Below are positions 62,733 to 64,000 of a DNA stretch of 64,000 nucleotides, piece by piece. The notes under the pieces are model-generated. The model was not told the DNA's origin and searched no databases. It saw only the letters and a program-made list of their open reading frames with translations. The position numbers and the translations under genes were made by a program. Positions within the stretch are counted from its first letter, which is position 1. Each line of letters begins with the position of its first letter. The DNA comes from Paraspadella gotoi (Eukaryota; Animalia; Chaetognatha). The stretch spans positions 21,596,010-21,660,009 of the forward strand of contig CM119268.1 of NCBI GenBank assembly GCA_051294375.1, given 5' to 3'.

Positions 62733-64000
62733 GTTAAGTATATATTGTTCTTTGTGATTATAGGCTCTTTTTATAGGAGGAAAAAGAAAATCGAATTATA
62801 CCATTTCTGGAATGATGAAACAGATTTTATCATCAATTTCTATTTACCTGTTTTAGTACTTTGTTGCTGTAAAAATCTAAAGTATATGTAATCTTGGTAG
62901 AAATTGGCTGAAAATTAATTGTCCTGATTAAATTATGATAAAACAATACAACTAATGGTATTTAATATGTGCCTTAGACTTTAATCTGCTGAATAAAATC
63001 AGTTGACTTAAAATAAGTCATATATGAACTTAGATATAACTTAAATTAATTAAAAATTACATTTTTAAAGATTTTTGGGGCTTTTTTTGGTAGTATCTCA
63101 ATAAATATTTATCATAAAGAGTTGGCAATAGGCTCAAAATAAAGGTCACATCTTATAGTTTCTATAAATTAAGGAAAATTATATCATATCATTATTTAAA
63201 AATTTAATTAATATTTTTTCAAATTTTTTAGGGGATGATGTGCCTATATTTAAACTTGAAGAAAAATTTTATTTATGAATTAATTGAAAGAAGACTGTCT
63301 ATAGAACTCGTTGTTATCCTAAATTTTTTAGATTAAAGTCTTATTAAGTTCTCAATAATACTCACCATTTCATTATTTTTTAAAGAAAAAAATTATATAT
63401 TTTGATTAATAACTTTTTAGCCAAAAGTCGCATAAAGTTGGGAGTGGTCTTAAATTAAAGCTCTTGGTTTAATTATATATAGATGTTTGAATTGAGTCTA
63501 TATTTAGAAAAATTAAAACAAAAGTTATCAAATTTTCTCAAAAATTAACTTACCAACTTCAACTGCAATTAAAAAAAAACTGAGTTGCGAAAAATTTTTC
63601 GACTTTGCCTAAGCTCTTGTCCTGACATCAACCTTTCAGGTTTTCATCATTCCAGAGATGGTATATTTCCATTTTCTTTTTCCTCCTATAAAAAGAACCG
63701 TGAGCTGGTAATGTCAACAATAATTGTATGTATATTGTATATGTATTATGCTACCACAAGCAATAAACTCAAGGACAGGAAATAGAAAGATTAAAAGGTT
63801 GTCTGATCCAATGCTGGGTTATACTTATGCGGGTTAAGAAACGGGGGGAAGTAAAAATGTTATTTAATTTCATTTCACTTCAACATTTCTCTTTAAAATA
63901 TAAAGCTTTTTCTCTAATGTATTTTTCAAATTCCATAATGTACAAAAAAAGTCGGGCTCACCAGTAACCAGTAACCACGTGTGGAAGGATATGTTCATAT

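Overview
AT-rich, intron-rich eukaryotic (invertebrate-like) genomic scaffold with several N-gaps and signs of noisy gap-filling (exact and indel-riddled duplications). Most ORF-track entries are spurious. The main host gene is a multi-exon + strand gene (about 28131-62732; last exon probably beyond the window) encoding a PDE10-like GAF-A/GAF-B/phosphodiesterase protein. Its catalytic domain has lost the HD dyad, the ACD aspartate and the invariant substrate glutamine, so it looks like a pseudo-phosphodiesterase. Two 3' exons of a diverged tandem paralog lie upstream (7521-7668, 16395-16571) and carry the same Asp-to-Lys and Gln-to-Trp substitutions. The rest is mobile DNA: Penelope-like fragments with minimal hammerhead ribozymes and a GIY-YIG remnant, a degenerate R2/NeSL-like non-LTR element, a degenerate Ty3/Gypsy element in two noisy copies, many DINE-1/HINE-like elements, hAT and TA-inserting MITEs (one nested), tRNA-derived inserts and minisatellites. 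All alignments were done by eye from remembered family motifs; no database was searched.
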